Shown: one piece after another, positions 27,815 to 37,347 of the stretch
How positions within the stretch are numbered: position 1 is the first letter of the stretch
Layout: every line of letters starts with the position of its first letter
NCBI GenBank assembly: GCA_963809485.1
Contig: CAWEJX010000008.1
Location: forward strand, 288,001 to 352,000
Reading direction: 5' to 3'
Length of the DNA stretch: 64,000 nt
Origin: an uncultured Acidobacteriota bacterium
GTDB lineage: Bacteria; Acidobacteriota; UBA6911
Made by a program: the position numbers and the translations under genes
Notes under the pieces: generated by a model
The model's database searches: none
The model's input: the letters and a program-made list of their open reading frames with translations, nothing else
What the model was told of the DNA's origin: nothing

Positions 27815-28975
27815 TTAAGCCAGAAGCTCCTGTGCGCGGATCAGGCGATCCTGCACATGCACCCCATTGGGGCATTGGATGGCGCAGGTGGAGCAATCAC
27901 TGCACCGCACATCGCGGATTTCCTTAGCCAGACCTTTGAAGCTCATCGCGGCCTGGTGATAGTTGCCGCAGAAGTCGTGATATGCCAGGAATCGAAGCAC
28001 ATCCGCCACAGGAATGCCCTGAGGACACTTTCCTTCGCAGTCGTAGCACATGCGGCAATAATCCGGCCGGATTCGCTCGTTCAGCACGAACAGCAACTGC
28101 TCATCCGCAGCGGTATAAGTCTCCGACATTGCCCGGAAATTCATCTCGAGTTCCTGAATCGTCTTCATGTGAGGAACGGTTGTTCCTATCCCGGGATTTG
28201 TCAGGACCCACTTAATGCCGGAAAGCGCACCTTCACCCGTCGTCTTGGGCTTTCCGCCGAAGTCGGCCAGGTTGAGCCCGCTTACGGCCACCACTACCTT
28301 CATGGCTATGACGCCAATGCCCGCTTCACGAAGCTTGTCGACTGCCGCATTCCTGAGGCGCCCGCCGATGGGGTAGCTGTAAGTCATTTGCATGACGTCG
28401 AATGTCTTGGTTTTTATGATGAAATCGACCATCGCATACGGTTTGTGGCAGCTGAAGCCGAGGTAGCGCGCTTTGCCTGACTTCTTGGCCATCTGCATGG
28501 CCTCCAGGGCCCCATCCGGGATCGATGCCGGTGTGTCCCTGGCGTGCAGATGCCAGATATCGACATAATCGGTGCCAAGTTCCTTGAGGCTGGTATCCAG
28601 GTCCTGCAATATTCGCTCTTTTTTATAGGAGGGAGACTTGGTAGCAATAATGATCTTGTCTCTCTGCCTTCCCTTAATGACGCCGCCGAAAATCCTTTCG
28701 CTGTCCTTATAATCTCGGGCAGTGTCGAAATAATTGACACCCATATCAAGGGACCGTGCCACAACATCGGTGTATGGCACGTATCCTATTCCGTAACCGA
28801 CACCCGAGGGTTTAAGATCCGTTTTACCCAGAGTTCGGTATACAACCTTAGGAGGTTCCTTGGTTTTGGGAGCCTCCTGGAAAGTTGATTCCAGTGCGCC
28901 TGTGGATACGAGCCCGGCCGCCGGCAAGGCCACACCGGCTTGCAGAAACTGCCTTCTTGATGGATTTGAACTCAC
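27815..28975 (-). CDS. Aldo/keto reductase with a Tat-like leader and a C-terminal 4Fe-4S domain
   Basis: SRRQFL, YRTLGKT, GVNYFDTARDY, SLKELGTDYVD, CRMCYDCEGKCP, CSDCSTCAIQCP. Confidence 0.9.
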   Translation of the reverse strand: MSSNPSRRQFLQAGVALPAAGLVSTGALESTFQEAPKTKEPPKVVYRTLGKTDLKPSGVGYGIGYVPYTDVVARSLDMGVNYFDTARDYKDSERIFGGVIKGRQRDKIIIATKSPSYKKERILQDLDTSLKELGTDYVDIWHLHARDTPASIPDGALEAMQMAKKSGKARYLGFSCHKPYAMVDFIIKTKTFDVMQMTYSYPIGGRLRNAAVDKLREAGIGVIAMKVVVAVSGLNLADFGGKPKTTGEGALSGIKWVLTNPGIGTTVPHMKTIQELEMNFRAMSETYTAADEQLLFVLNERIRPDYCRMCYDCEGKCPQGIPVADVLRFLAYHDFCGNYHQAAMSFKGLAKEIRDVRCSDCSTCAIQCPNGVHVQDRLIRAQELLA

Positions 28976-29239
28976 AAATCCTCCTTTGATGTCTCTTCCT
29001 GGATCAAATATTTGGATTCCCCACCCTGTTTTCAGGAAACCTTGATTCTCATTTTCATCTCAAATGATGATAATATGCAACTCCTAAATCGCGATGGCGT
29101 AGATTCGCGGATTATCTTTCCGACTTTTTTTTGCCCGGAGCAGGCTCGATCCGTGGCAATTGCGAGGCATTTTTACATGGGTGTCCCCAGACCCTCCCCA
29201 GACCCCAACCCCATATCCCATAACCAGGAGACGCAAAGG

Positions 29240-30115
29240 ATGCAGAATCGAGACATTTGGAAAGCCGCTCTTTTTTTCGCCAGCATTGCCTGTATTTTGC
29301 CGGGAGCGATTGCGGCTTTTGTCACTGCTGAGGAAAAAAAGGAAATTCCCGACCACTCCAGCTTCCAATCCTGTCATACCTGCCATGCCGAAAAACAGAA
29401 CATGTGGAGGGCCTCCAACCATAGCGGCGCAGTCGGGCTGACTGCCTCCAATAATCCGGCGGCGGCCGGCTGCAGCGGCTGCCATTCCCCCAGGAAGCCT
29501 GAAGGGGGCGTACCACAGGCGATAGCCGTCAGCGCACCAAAAGAAAGTTTCCACAAGGCGCCCTGCCTGGCCTGCCATAGCCTCCAGAAGACCGAATTTG
29601 ACCATAGAGTGGTTATGCAACCTGAAAAGCTATGCGATACATGCCATACTCAAAGACCCATATTTCTTGGTCTAGGCGCCAAGGGAATCGAGGATTCAAG
29701 GAATTTCCACTCCGGCGTACCCTGCATTTCATGCCACATGACCGAGGGAAATCACGCGATGAGGGTTCTTCGACCCGATGATCCCGGCTTAACGGAAAAG
29801 AGGCTGGACACGTGCACGGCTTGTCACAAGGACAACAACCGGGAAGCCCGGGTCGAACAAATACAGGAATGGCAGTCAACCTATGATGAAAGCATGGCTC
29901 CTTTGCTGGCAGATGTTAAGGCAATTGAGGAAGCCCTGAAGAAAAAGCCTGAGCTTTTGGATGCCTCTCTAAAACCGAGGTTTGAAGGTGTGAAAGCGAA
30001 TCTCGCACTCCTGGAAAATGACGGTTCCCGAGGCTTTCACAATTTCGTTTTTCTTTTGGAGATCACGTCGCTGGCTTCCGGCGATCTTAAGGAGATCAAG
30101 GCTGCAATCAAATAG
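29240..30115 (+). CDS. Periplasmic multiheme cytochrome c (6 CxxCH)
   Basis: CHTCH, CSGCH, CLACH, CDTCH, CISCH, CTACH; signal peptide after MQNRD; C-terminal DGSRGFHN helical tail as in c552/NrfA-like proteins. Confidence 0.88.
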   Translation: MQNRDIWKAALFFASIACILPGAIAAFVTAEEKKEIPDHSSFQSCHTCHAEKQNMWRASNHSGAVGLTASNNPAAAGCSGCHSPRKPEGGVPQAIAVSAPKESFHKAPCLACHSLQKTEFDHRVVMQPEKLCDTCHTQRPIFLGLGAKGIEDSRNFHSGVPCISCHMTEGNHAMRVLRPDDPGLTEKRLDTCTACHKDNNREARVEQIQEWQSTYDESMAPLLADVKAIEEALKKKPELLDASLKPRFEGVKANLALLENDGSRGFHNFVFLLEITSLASGDLKEIKAAIK

Positions 30116-30257
30116 AAACGGCGGCCTCCGGAAACATCAATAATCTCTGCCCAAAAAAAAACAAAAGAAAATCGTGCCACGGACAGGACCTGTTATGGGC
30201 ATGCATAGGGGACCCTGTCCGCGTTTGTTTCGTTGGCCTCGGAGATGATCCCTGACC

Positions 30258-30567
30258 TAATTAGTTTCTGTCGCGAAATTCGGTTTTTGCGAAGAAACCG
30301 GATTTTTATGCAGTCGGTAGGATATTTGATATTACGTAGAAGCCGGAAATTAGAGACGGGCCGCGTAGCGGCCGGTCGAATTTAGCCAGGCCTTTTAAGG
30401 CCTGGATCTAAAGGGATTAGGTTTTCCGTCGCGTAGCGACGGCTGAATCTCAGGCGTCGCTACGCGACGCGCTGTTCCCAATTCCATGCCTCCCGGCCTT
30501 GAAAGGCCGGGCTAAAATCATAGTGCCGCTACGCGGCGCAAACCGGTTTCACGACAGAAACTAATTA
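30258..30567. mobile_element. MITE-like element with 16 bp terminal inverted repeats, enclosing a nested palindromic REP-like unit
   Basis: taattagtttctgtcg (30258) / cgacagaaactaatta (30552); internal ccgcgtagcggc...gccgctacgcgg and cgtcgcgtagcgacg...cgtcgctacgcgacg. Confidence 0.7.
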
Positions 30568-30956
30568 CACTGCTTGTCTTCCTCCGACTGTTTCGCTTCG
30601 TAATCCGTTTCGAGATCAAATTCGAGGTATTTGACGCCCTTGGATTTGTACATCATACAAAGGCGGCATTTCTGTCCGCTGGTTGTTTGGGCCAGGATAT
30701 AAAATGTCGGGCTGCCTTTTAGTTCTTCGGGGACGTCGAATTCCGGAGGATTGCCCGGCGCCCATGATCTCCAAAAACCATAGGAACTGCTGGTTGCCCC
30801 GGCGTAGTACGCCATCCTGGGAGGTTCCGGATTTGGGGCAATCACCTTAATCCACCAGCCGTCTTTTTTTGCTTCCTGGACCTTCGCCCCCTGGGCGAAC
30901 GCTCTACCTCCAAAAAGGAACACCAAAACAGCTACAATCAGCAGGTTGTGTCGCAT
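30561..30956 (-). CDS. Hypothetical secreted protein
   Basis: 131 aa, Sec signal ending AFA, strong GGAGGA RBS. Confidence 0.7.
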   Translation of the reverse strand: MRHNLLIVAVLVFLFGGRAFAQGAKVQEAKKDGWWIKVIAPNPEPPRMAYYAGATSSSYGFWRSWAPGNPPEFDVPEELKGSPTFYILAQTTSGQKCRLCMMYKSKGVKYLEFDLETDYEAKQSEEDKQCN

Positions 30957-31082
30957 TTTATTCCTCCGGATAATGCCCCGATGCTGGCCGCATCATAGTT
31001 TGCCGGTTCCGTTTGCGTTTGTTTGGAATAGCCTGGGATATAAGAACAGAGTTTGAACCGCCGAGTCAATGACCATCTGCAA

Positions 31083-31405
31083 GTCAGGCACCTCCGGCAC
31101 AGCCGGAGGCTTGAAAGATTTGAACCGCTCAAAGCGGTTGGAGGAGTTACGCCGGTCTTTAACGCTGACTTACGCGGGCAAAAGCCGATGAGGCGCTTCC
31201 GATCCCCGCAGGGGCCAGCGCTCCGCGCTGGACAGTTTTCTGCGGCGGCACTGTGGCAAGCGCCGTGCGGCAAGGAGATGAAGGGTATGAGAATCCGGGC
31301 GTTTGCCAAAGTGCCGCCGCAGAAAACTCCATCGGAAGCGCCTCATCGGCTTTTGCTCGCCGACCCTCGCCGAACAAATCGTTTGTCATCGCTTTTGTCA
31401 GCGTT
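31083..31405 (-). mobile_element. Non-autonomous IS200/IS605-type element (PATE-like), truncated copy
   Basis: Near-identical to 47528-47922 over ~320 bp; lacks the second terminal hairpin. Confidence 0.85.
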
Positions 31406-31411
31406 ACCTTT

Positions 31412-33115
31412 TTAAAAGGCTCTATGTCTTGGCCCGAGTATCTGCTTCACACCTTCCTTAACCTTCTGTATTACCTGCATCTTGCGCATTTCAGCAGAAT
31501 CCTCCAAGCATACTTCAAGCAAAGTAACTCCCGACATTTGCAGGCAATTCCTGAGGATTTCTTCAGGATGGCTCTCCAGCTTGAAATAATTCGCTCCAAC
31601 AGCTCTGGCAAGCATTGAAAAATCAGGATTTTGCAGTTGGGTGGCGAAGCTGTGCCCCCCTCCCCCCATCTGGGCCAGGCGTATGAGTCCGAGATGGCCG
31701 TCTTTAAAGACAATGACCAGCAGCTGCAACCCTTCTCTTATCGCGGTGAGAACTTCCATCCCTGACATTGCAAAGCCGCCATCACCCATTAGAACAACCA
31801 CCGTTTCTTCCGGGCGAGCCAGTTTGGCACCAATTGCCGCGGGCAATCCGAAGCCCATGGACTGGAAGTCAGACGGGACGATAAGTCCTCGAGGCGCCAG
31901 CACCGTAAAGTATTTCCGAGCCAAAAACTGATGCTCTCCGCTATCGGTTACCAGACAGGATTGCTGAGGCATGGCTTTCCTCAGAATCCCGAAAAAGGCG
32001 GACGGTGTTGGAGGATTTACTCCTGAAATTTTCGGTTCGGCTCCCGCCTGAAGATGGTTTTTTTGAATTCTTTCTCGCCAGGTTTGCAGCTCCTGATCCT
32101 TCCAGGCAGAAGCTCTGCTTCTGAATAGTTCATCGCGCTGAAGAAGCAAGTCCAGAAAAGCCTTTATGTCACCCGCGATCTGGAGGTCGGCGGGATAATT
32201 GACTCCCAGGACTTCAGGCGAACGATCCACATGAATCAGCTTATTCGCCGGCACGCGAAGCCCGAAACCATGACTCCCGTTTTGTGAGAATTTGCATCCC
32301 ATGGCTATCAGGAGGTCACAGGATTCAATCAACTGATTAATAAGCTCCGCGCCTCCGGAGCCGGAATCTGAAACAAACGCCAGTCTGTTGCTTTCAGGGA
32401 CAATGCCACGCCCCGATGTGGTAGACAGTACGGGCGATCCCAATCGTTCCGCCAGATCGCATACCCGCGCCGCTGCGCCGATGCAGCCGGCCCCCACATA
32501 AAGGATCGCTTTCCTGGACGCTTTTATAATTTCGGCCGCCCGGTCCATGGATACGGATTCCGGGCATGATGAGACCGCCGCCTTAACCGGAATGTTTGCC
32601 AATGAAAGGGGCGCTACCTGAGTAAGCAATGAGTTGCTTACTTCAACCAGAACGGGGCCCGGTTCTCCGGCACCTGCAGCGCTATAGGCTTCGTCGATAG
32701 TCAAGGAGAGGTCGGCGATCTCGTCAACGGAATAAACCTCCTTGACAAGCGGACGTGCTATGGACTTTTGATCGATACTCTGCGTTCTAAAACGCTTTTC
32801 GGTTGTATCAGCAGATTTGCCTGCTATCCATAAGACAGCCGCCGAATCAAGAAATGCCTCCCCTATTCCTGTAAGGGCATAGGTAAAACCAGGCCCGGGA
32901 ATGGTGACAACCACACCGGCCTTGCCGCAGGATCTGAAATAGCCGCACGCCATGAAAGCGGCGGCGAGTTCGCTGGTTGCGAGGATTGTCCTGATCGAGG
33001 ATCTTCGCAACGCCTCGTAGAGCGCCACATTTTGGGAGCCCGGGAGCCCAAAAATATACTCGACACCCAGGCGCTTGAGGGTTGAGCAAATCAGCTGGCT
33101 TCCATTCATTACCAT
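31412..33115 (-). CDS. Thiamine pyrophosphate-dependent enzyme (acetolactate synthase-like)
   Basis: IFGLPGSQN, SELAAAFMA.GY, GPG.T, SMGFGLPAAIGA, GDGGF ThDP motif. Confidence 0.9.
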   Translation of the reverse strand: MVMNGSQLICSTLKRLGVEYIFGLPGSQNVALYEALRRSSIRTILATSELAAAFMACGYFRSCGKAGVVVTIPGPGFTYALTGIGEAFLDSAAVLWIAGKSADTTEKRFRTQSIDQKSIARPLVKEVYSVDEIADLSLTIDEAYSAAGAGEPGPVLVEVSNSLLTQVAPLSLANIPVKAAVSSCPESVSMDRAAEIIKASRKAILYVGAGCIGAAARVCDLAERLGSPVLSTTSGRGIVPESNRLAFVSDSGSGGAELINQLIESCDLLIAMGCKFSQNGSHGFGLRVPANKLIHVDRSPEVLGVNYPADLQIAGDIKAFLDLLLQRDELFRSRASAWKDQELQTWRERIQKNHLQAGAEPKISGVNPPTPSAFFGILRKAMPQQSCLVTDSGEHQFLARKYFTVLAPRGLIVPSDFQSMGFGLPAAIGAKLARPEETVVVLMGDGGFAMSGMEVLTAIREGLQLLVIVFKDGHLGLIRLAQMGGGGHSFATQLQNPDFSMLARAVGANYFKLESHPEEILRNCLQMSGVTLLEVCLEDSAEMRKMQVIQKVKEGVKQILGPRHRAF

Positions 33116-33119
33116 CGCC

Positions 33120-34181
33120 CTATACTTGATTGCGGCTTGGGTTCATCCTTTGGAGTTTACGAATACCTCGCTGTCCCAGACGCAGAATGCTCCGGCCCGT
33201 CCTGTAAAATCGGTCCAAAATCGACTCAGGAGCCGTCAGCACCAGACACATTGCAAGATCTCCCCCTAACTGGCTTTTAAAATGTGTCACGGGTCCCAGT
33301 GCCGCATCCGTGAGATCGTTTGCTGTATATCCCATAGCTGACAGCGACTCGAAGACCTTCCAGCGCAGAAAGGCGTTCGCGCCCATCTGCTGGAATTCCC
33401 TGTCTGCTGCCGCGCTGACAGTATGCGCACAGAAGTGCGGTCCCAGCAAGACGAGCTGGGAGGCAATCGAACGTCCATCCGGCAGTCTTGCATGAAAAAG
33501 CCGGCAGAGTTTCTGAGATCTCAGGCTTTCGAAATACCGTCGAAAAGAATCCTGGGGAAGATACAGAGATGCACCCTTTCTTTCCACGGTCTGCACATGC
33601 ATAGCATAGAAACTGCTGAAATCATCATCCTCCGTGAACTGGATTTCCTCCTGCCGACATCGATTGATCAGGCGCCTCAGGTTCTGCTCAAGACGGTTCC
33701 AGAGCGCATCCAGGTCGGCTAATGGAACCACATAGGTGTATGTAGGCCGGACGGACCACCCTCGATTCAGAAACAGGCGTGCATCTGCGAAGGCGCCTTG
33801 ATTTTTCAGCACAACCCTCGTGTACCCAAAACTGCCGATTTCCCGCTCTATTGCCTCCATAGTTTCCAGGGAGCGCGCGGTTCGCTGGGATGGGTATTTG
33901 GTCTGATACTCGCGAAGAACAAGGCCGTTGTAGTAAAGGAGAAGCCGTGTCGAGACATAGGTTCCAGAAGTGGTTTTGACTTCATAAAGCCCTACCCCTC
34001 CCGCCAGTTCATCGCCCCTTCGCACGGCAAGAATCCTGAAGGTCGCGCCGGTCACGGAACACAATATTTTCAGGTAGCCGGATGAGCTGTAAATGCTGCC
34101 GAGCGGTGAGGTGGAGACGAACCTGTCCCATTCCTCAAACTCGGATTCAGCCAGAATATGTGTCGATAATCGAGTGCCCAA
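33120..34181 (-). CDS. GNAT family (FemAB/CelD-like) acyltransferase
   Basis: EWDRFV..SP.G.IY, N.RR.I.R, FY.M...T..RK, FKSQLGG. Confidence 0.75.
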   Translation of the reverse strand: MGTRLSTHILAESEFEEWDRFVSTSPLGSIYSSSGYLKILCSVTGATFRILAVRRGDELAGGVGLYEVKTTSGTYVSTRLLLYYNGLVLREYQTKYPSQRTARSLETMEAIEREIGSFGYTRVVLKNQGAFADARLFLNRGWSVRPTYTYVVPLADLDALWNRLEQNLRRLINRCRQEEIQFTEDDDFSSFYAMHVQTVERKGASLYLPQDSFRRYFESLRSQKLCRLFHARLPDGRSIASQLVLLGPHFCAHTVSAAADREFQQMGANAFLRWKVFESLSAMGYTANDLTDAALGPVTHFKSQLGGDLAMCLVLTAPESILDRFYRTGRSILRLGQRGIRKLQRMNPSRNQV

Positions 34182-34645
34182 TTCTCACCGCCTGATGCAT
34201 CCAAAAGCCCTATAAACGTTCATCGGCATCACAGAGTAACTATGTCAGCATTCATCGCCGCTTGAATCAGCTCACAACTGCACTGTTAAATCCATGGACT
34301 GTCACCCCCGATACTTTCCTCCCAAATTTGAGGTATCGCCGGTGAAACAGGCATGACAGCGGAGTAGCACCTGCAGGTTACAGGTCTCAAATCGCCAATA
34401 GGGACATATTTACATGCTTTTCCGAAGCTGCCCTGGAAAACCACCGGTCGTTGCAGAACTCCAGGAGAGAGCTCCTAGAACATCGGCTGGGATCCATCAC
34501 CGGCACTGAAAAAATGCCGGGTATATACCCGGCAGATTCCTACTTCCACATCGGAATCAGCACCGTATCTCTTTAGTTCCGAACGTGATCCTGGGCACGA
34601 TGGGCAATCAAAACTGAACGAATCTGGCGGCGTAATCCTCCCGCC

Positions 34646-35680
34646 TCAGTCAGCGGCTTTGATCTGGTCCCAGATCCTGTTGTACTTGGCCGTGTCCTGT
34701 CCCAGATCGTCGATCACCTCACATTTGGCCTTTACCTCGGGAGCCAGGAATACGGCAGGGTTGTTGCGCAACGCGGAGTCCACCTTGGGGTAACTCGACT
34801 GGTTGGGGCACACATAGGAAAGGAAATTGGTATTTTCGGCTGCCACGTCCGGGTCATGAATGAAGTTTATGAAAGCATGGGCCAGCCGCGATTCCTTCGA
34901 ATCCTTCATGATGACCAGGTCGTCACATGAAATGGAGGTGCCTTCCATGGGGATTACGAAATCGACATCGGGGTTTTCCTTTTGCACCTGCAGAAGATCC
35001 CCGCTGTATCCGTGCACCAGTAAAAACTCTCCCGTGGCGACCCCGCTCTTGTATTGTTCGGATTCAAATTTTGCCAGGTTCTTTTTCCATCCAATCACCA
35101 CATCGCGGGCGGCCTCCAGTTCCTTATCATTGCGGGAATTCAAACTGTAACCCAGGAATTTCAATGCAGCGCCGACCGTCTCCCGCATGTCGTTGAGCAT
35201 GGTCATACGGCCCTTGAGGTTTGCCCGGTTAAACATCTTCCAGGACGGAATGAAGTCCTGAACCTTGCCCTTTTGGAAGGCGATGCCGGAATTGGTCAGC
35301 ATATAGGGCACGCTATGCTGCATTTGAGGATCCATGGCAATCTGCAGATAGTCGGCGTCGACATGCTTCAGATTCGGCAATTGGGCCCGGTCCAGAGTCA
35401 GCAGATAGCCCTGATCGAACATGATCTTAACAAAATAGCTGCTCGGGGTCAGAAGGTCGTAGCCGGTGGCTCCCGCCTTGATCTTGGCGTACATCGATTC
35501 ATTGGATTCGAATGTGTCGATGATGATCCGGCATTGGTGTTCTTTCTCGAAGCGCTCGAGCAGCTCCGGCTTGAAATAATCCGCCCAGGTGTAGATCTTC
35601 AATTCCGGAGTCTTGCGCCGGCAGCCCGCCGGCATCCAGCAAAGAACAATCATGCATAAAATCAGGGACCGGATTTTCAT
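34646..35680 (-). CDS. potD: Spermidine/putrescine ABC transporter substrate-binding lipoprotein
   Basis: Lipobox PAGC, IYTWADY, FESNESMYAK, GYDLLTPS.Y, SVPY. Confidence 0.93.
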   Translation of the reverse strand: MKIRSLILCMIVLCWMPAGCRRKTPELKIYTWADYFKPELLERFEKEHQCRIIIDTFESNESMYAKIKAGATGYDLLTPSSYFVKIMFDQGYLLTLDRAQLPNLKHVDADYLQIAMDPQMQHSVPYMLTNSGIAFQKGKVQDFIPSWKMFNRANLKGRMTMLNDMRETVGAALKFLGYSLNSRNDKELEAARDVVIGWKKNLAKFESEQYKSGVATGEFLLVHGYSGDLLQVQKENPDVDFVIPMEGTSISCDDLVIMKDSKESRLAHAFINFIHDPDVAAENTNFLSYVCPNQSSYPKVDSALRNNPAVFLAPEVKAKCEVIDDLGQDTAKYNRIWDQIKAAD

Positions 35681-36447
35681 GGGACCTCCTTGGTTAACCT
35701 TTGGCTGAAAAAGACAGCCAGAAAAGTGACCAGCAAAAGGATAGAGGAAAGGGCGTTGATCAATGGCGGCGATCCGTGCTTGATCATGCTGTAAATGCGT
35801 ATGGGCAGGGTTGTGGAACCGGGGCCGGCCACAAAGAAGGTGATTACAAAATCGTCAATGGAGAGAGTGAAGGCCAAAAGCCCTCCCGCCACGATGCCGG
35901 GCATCAGCAGCGGCAACAGGACGCGCCACAGCGTTGTCCACCAGCCGGCCCCCAAATCCTGTGCAGCTTCGACGATGGCATAATCGAAATCCTGAAGGCG
36001 TCCCAGCACAACCATGGCGACGTAGCTGATGCAAAAGGTGACATGAGCCAGAAAAATGGTGAAAAGGCCCAGCTCCAGCTGCAGCGCGGCGAAGAAGAGC
36101 AGCAGGCTGATACCCATCAGGATTTCAGGAACCACCAGAGGGGTATAAATCAGGATGTAATGAAATTTTTGCAGGCGCGAGGAAAACCGGTGCAGGGCGA
36201 TGGCTGCAGTGGTCCCCAACACGAGGGATACGGCTGTTGCCGAGAACGCGATCACCAGGCTGTTGGTCAGGGCATGCCATATCTCCCGCTCCCGGCAGAG
36301 TTGCCGGTACCAGTGCAGCGACCAGCCATTCCAGGAACCGCCGAAGCGGGAGCTGTTAAAGGAATAGAGGACCAGGATGAAAATCGGCAGGTAGAAGAAG
36401 AGCAGCAGGATCCAGGTGACGATCAGCGGGAACCGGCTGCGCTTCAT
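35677..36447 (-). CDS. potC: Spermidine/putrescine ABC transporter permease
   Basis: FFYLPI...YSFN, EAAQDLGA, FTLSIDDFVIT, TTLP. Confidence 0.93.
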   Translation of the reverse strand: MKRSRFPLIVTWILLLFFYLPIFILVLYSFNSSRFGGSWNGWSLHWYRQLCREREIWHALTNSLVIAFSATAVSLVLGTTAAIALHRFSSRLQKFHYILIYTPLVVPEILMGISLLLFFAALQLELGLFTIFLAHVTFCISYVAMVVLGRLQDFDYAIVEAAQDLGAGWWTTLWRVLLPLLMPGIVAGGLLAFTLSIDDFVITFFVAGPGSTTLPIRIYSMIKHGSPPLINALSSILLLVTFLAVFFSQRLTKEVP

Positions 36448-37322
36448 GCATCCTCCTCGATCAGCGGGGCAGCCTCCCCCTTTTTCCTCTGCAACACCAG
36501 GACCGCCAGCAAGGGAAGCAGTACGGCCAGGATGAGGAGGGCTGAAAGGCCGCTGGCATGCGGCAGATTGCGATCGACAAAAACCCTCTGGGCGATTTTA
36601 TTGCCGAGCATTTCCCCGCCCGGTCCGCCGACAATGTCGGGGATGACATAAGATCCCAGAGCGGGGATGAAGACCACCAGGATAGCGGTCCATAAACCTC
36701 GCCGGATCCCAGGCAGGAAAATAAAGAGCCAGGACTGCCATCGGCGAGCGCCCAAATCCTGCGCCGCCTCAAGCAGCCGGAATTCGAATTTCTCCGCGGC
36801 GGCATAAATCGGCAGGATGGCAAAAGGCAAAAATGTGTACACCATTACCAGCCAGACTGCCCAGGCGTTGTATAGCAATGAAGCTTCCGGCTGAACCAGA
36901 TGCAGGAACACCATCCCTTTCTTGACCAGGCCCTCGGGGTGGAGAAGGATTTTCCAGGCGAAAATACGGATCAGGAAGCTCGTCCAGAAGGGGATGATCA
37001 CCAAAAGGAGCAGGATCTGCCGCCAGCGCCGGTCGGTCCGCGCCAGGCAGTAACCGGCCGGGATTGCCAGAAGGATGCAGGCGGCCGTCGTCAGCAGGCT
37101 GAGGTACAGAGTGCGCCAAATGATGACGGCGTAATCCGCCTTGCACAGGCTGCGCAGGGTTTCCATCGTCCAGCTCGCCCCGATCCCTCCGTAAAGGTCC
37201 GGCGGTTTGAAGGCGATGGCAAACACAATGAGCGTGGGAATCAGGAAAAGGAAGATAAGCCAGAGCAGGGATGGAGCCGTCACCAGCCATTCTTGCACCT
37301 TTTTTTTCCCCGCCGCATTCAT
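36444..37322 (-). CDS. potB: Spermidine/putrescine ABC transporter permease
   Basis: IPFWTSFLIRIFAW, LPFAILPIY, LLEAAQDLGA, VFIPALG; start MNAAG at 37322. Confidence 0.92.
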   Translation of the reverse strand: MNAAGKKKVQEWLVTAPSLLWLIFLFLIPTLIVFAIAFKPPDLYGGIGASWTMETLRSLCKADYAVIIWRTLYLSLLTTAACILLAIPAGYCLARTDRRWRQILLLLVIIPFWTSFLIRIFAWKILLHPEGLVKKGMVFLHLVQPEASLLYNAWAVWLVMVYTFLPFAILPIYAAAEKFEFRLLEAAQDLGARRWQSWLFIFLPGIRRGLWTAILVVFIPALGSYVIPDIVGGPGGEMLGNKIAQRVFVDRNLPHASGLSALLILAVLLPLLAVLVLQRKKGEAAPLIEEDA

Positions 37323-37347
37323 GGCTAATGACCTATGTAAAACCGGT

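Noticed and set aside
31053-31415. Recurrent ORFs in the repeat copies (also 47486-47926 and 53032-53625) as a multicopy gene family
   Set aside because: Starts and stops differ between copies and there is no transposase motif; they are translations of a palindromic non-coding element.
34182-34645. Long intergenic region as a riboswitch or small gene
   Set aside because: Only short hairpins; no recognisable riboswitch core or credible ORF.
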